A stretch of 24,000 nucleotides of DNA. It comes from Gammaproteobacteria bacterium. Its GTDB lineage: Bacteria > Pseudomonadota > Gammaproteobacteria > Pseudomonadales > JADFDG01. Shown piece by piece: positions 22,410 to 24,000 of this stretch (position 1 is its first letter; each line of letters starts with the position of its first letter). The translations under genes were made by a program, and so were the position numbers. The stretch lies in contig JADFDG010000006.1 in assembly GCA_018262975.1 (NCBI GenBank), positions 121,137 to 145,136 on the forward strand, written 5' to 3'. The notes beneath the pieces are model-generated. The model worked only from the letters and a program-made list of their open reading frames with translations, was not told the origin of the DNA and did no database searches.

Positions 22410-23419
22410 TGAACAGCGAAGCAAAGCCGCGCAAGAAAGCTGCGCGCAATACAGCCCCCTCCTCGCCTGCCAAGCCCGCGGCCGCGCGACCGGTGGTCAT
22501 GGTTACCGGTGCCGGCGGCGCCCTCGGCCAGCAGGTAGTCAGGCGCCTGCGCCGCGACTGCCAGGTGATCGCGGTGGACTTCCGGCACAAGCCGGAACTC
22601 GGCGGCGACGTGGTCGGCTACATGACCGATTTCAACAAGCGCGAGTTCGAGGACATCTTCCGCAAGCACCGGCCAATGGCGGTCATCCATCTCGGCCGCA
22701 TCCTCACCTCGCAGGCCAGCCGCGCCAGCCGCTACGCCGCCAATGTGCTCGGCACCCAGAAGCTGCTCGACCTGTCGGTAAAATACGGCGCGCGACAGGT
22801 GCTGGTGCTGTCCACCTTCCACGTCTATGGCGCACACCAGTACAACCCGGCGCTGATCGGCGAAGACGCGCCGCTGAAAGCCACGGAGATCGCCAGCGAC
22901 CTGGTGCACTCGGTGGAGCTGGAGAACCTGTCGGCCATCTACCTGTGGAAGCACCCGGAATTGCACATGACACTGTTGCGCCCCTGCAACGTCATCGGCC
23001 CCGGCGTGAACAACACCATGAGCCGGATCCTCGGCAACCGTCACGCACCCTGGCTGATCGGCTTCTCGCCGATCATGCAGTTCATGCACGTGGAGGACAT
23101 GGCCGACGCGGTGGAAGTGGCGTTCCGCAAGAACAAGCCCGGCATCTACAACGTGGCACCGGACGACTGGGTGGCCTACGACAGGGCACTGGCACGCTGC
23201 GGCTGCCGGAAGGTACCGATCCCCTCCGTGCCCGCCAACGTACCCAAGGCCATCAGCGCCGTGCTCGGCTGGAAATCCTTCCCCTTGTACCTGGTCAACT
23301 ACTTCAAGTTCCCGGTGGTGATCGACGGCTCGCTGTTCCGCGAGACCTTCGGCTTCACACCACGCTACAGCCTCGAGCAGATGTTCACGCACTACCGCGA
23401 GCAGAAGGAACAGATGTGA
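22409..23419 (+). CDS. NAD(P)-dependent epimerase/dehydratase-family (extended SDR) protein, apparently atypical
   Basis: Track ORF of 336 aa. Rossmann motif VMVTGAGGALGQQVVRRL; NVLGTQKLLDL; LSTFHVYGA. I cannot find a canonical YxxxK where expected (region ATEIASDLVHSVELE). It has a Lys/Ala/Pro-rich N-terminal extension. The start shares one nt with the upstream stop. Confidence 0.8.
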   Translation: MNSEAKPRKKAARNTAPSSPAKPAAARPVVMVTGAGGALGQQVVRRLRRDCQVIAVDFRHKPELGGDVVGYMTDFNKREFEDIFRKHRPMAVIHLGRILTSQASRASRYAANVLGTQKLLDLSVKYGARQVLVLSTFHVYGAHQYNPALIGEDAPLKATEIASDLVHSVELENLSAIYLWKHPELHMTLLRPCNVIGPGVNNTMSRILGNRHAPWLIGFSPIMQFMHVEDMADAVEVAFRKNKPGIYNVAPDDWVAYDRALARCGCRKVPIPSVPANVPKAISAVLGWKSFPLYLVNYFKFPVVIDGSLFRETFGFTPRYSLEQMFTHYREQKEQM

Positions 23420-24000
23420 GACTGCTTGCCGCCCTGGTTCTCGCCCTGCTCGTCGGCGGGAATGCCGCATTCGCCGCGGGCTTGCCCGATCTCGTGCCGG
23501 TGAGCGCCCGTTACCGCATCACCGTCAACGGCATCCCTGCCGGCACGCCGGCCTATGTGGATATCCGCCCGCAGGGCGGCGCGCGCCACGAAGCCAGCTT
23601 CCGGGTGGAGAACCGCTTCCTGCGTCACCACGAACTGTCGCACTTCGACTGGCACGCCTGCCAGGTGAAGGCCCACGACTACCAGCACGAGTTCCACGGG
23701 CTGGGCATAGAGCGGCAGAGCGCCATCACCTTCGACTGGGAGCGCCGCCTGGCCATCGAGTCACGCGGGGGAAAGCGGACAGAACTGGCTCTTGAGCCGG
23801 GGGTGTTTGACGGCCTGAACATGGCCATGCTGGCGCGCTGCCTGTTGCGCGACGGCGCCCGCAAGCTCGACCTGACCATCCTCTACCGCGGCGAGCGCAA
23901 GGACGTGCACTTCGTGGTCACCGGCCAGGAGAAAGTCGAAACCCCGCTCGGCACTTTCGATGCCTGGGTCGTCGAGCGCCGCTACCCGCAGAAATCCCGC
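23416..24000 (+). CDS. Secreted hypothetical protein, DUF3108-like (partial; continues beyond the right window edge)
   Basis: Not in the track (no stop in the window). The GTG at 23416 overlaps the SDR stop (GTGA). Manual translation: (M)RLLAALVLALLVGGNAAFA|AGLPDLVPVSARYRITVNGIPAGTPAYVDIRPQGG...TPLGTFDAWVVERRYPQKSR, open for 195 codons to the window end. The family assignment is from memory of the DUF3108 pattern. Confidence 0.65.
   Translation, partial: MRLLAALVLALLVGGNAAFAAGLPDLVPVSARYRITVNGIPAGTPAYVDIRPQGGARHEASFRVENRFLRHHELSHFDWHACQVKAHDYQHEFHGLGIERQSAITFDWERRLAIESRGGKRTELALEPGVFDGLNMAMLARCLLRDGARKLDLTILYRGERKDVHFVVTGQEKVETPLGTFDAWVVERRYPQKSR

Noticed and set aside
21186-23879. Minus-strand ORFs 20837..21670, 21186..22280, 22229..23470, 23392..23697, 23679..23879
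   Set aside because: They are antisense to the H1-like, acyltransferase, SDR and DUF3108-like genes. They cross a Rho-independent terminator and REP units and show no motifs.

Overview
Visibly GC-rich chromosomal segment (strong GC3 bias by eye), probably gammaproteobacterial, with Pseudomonas-like gene content and neighbourhoods. LEFT (1-4951, minus strand): methylcitrate-cycle operon, GntR-type regulator-prpB-prpC-acnD; acnD runs off the left edge. CENTRE (5033-16553, all minus strand): an ~11.5 kb accessory cell-surface locus. It encodes a 925-aa beta-helix/Calx-beta adhesin-like protein with a C-terminal sorting-signal-like tail, two paralogous secreted Gly/Thr/Asp-rich proteins, a stand-alone membrane-anchored C39-like cysteine peptidase, a coiled-coil+beta-barrel OMP, an enlarged FadL-family barrel and two lipoproteins. 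From memory this matches the barely characterised 'filABCDEF putative pilus system' gene pattern. Its logic resembles ATP-independent Fap/curli-type fibre secretion. This is the most interesting content of the window. RIGHT (16727-24000): pabB / thrH / cysH / cysB, a coiled-coil protein with a histone-H1-like Lys/Ala tail, and a translationally coupled acyltransferase - atypical SDR - secreted DUF3108-like operon that runs off the right edge. Thirteen copies of a 24-nt GTAG-type REP element (GTAGAGAGGGGGCCATGCCCCCGA) lie in five intergenic clusters; one cluster is followed by a 29-nt poly(G) run. No rRNA, tRNA, CRISPR, transposase or integrase was seen. All calls come from manual reading and translation of the sequence plus the ORF track; no searches or statistics were run. 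Many long track ORFs are antisense shadow ORFs, and several real genes needed their starts trimmed.
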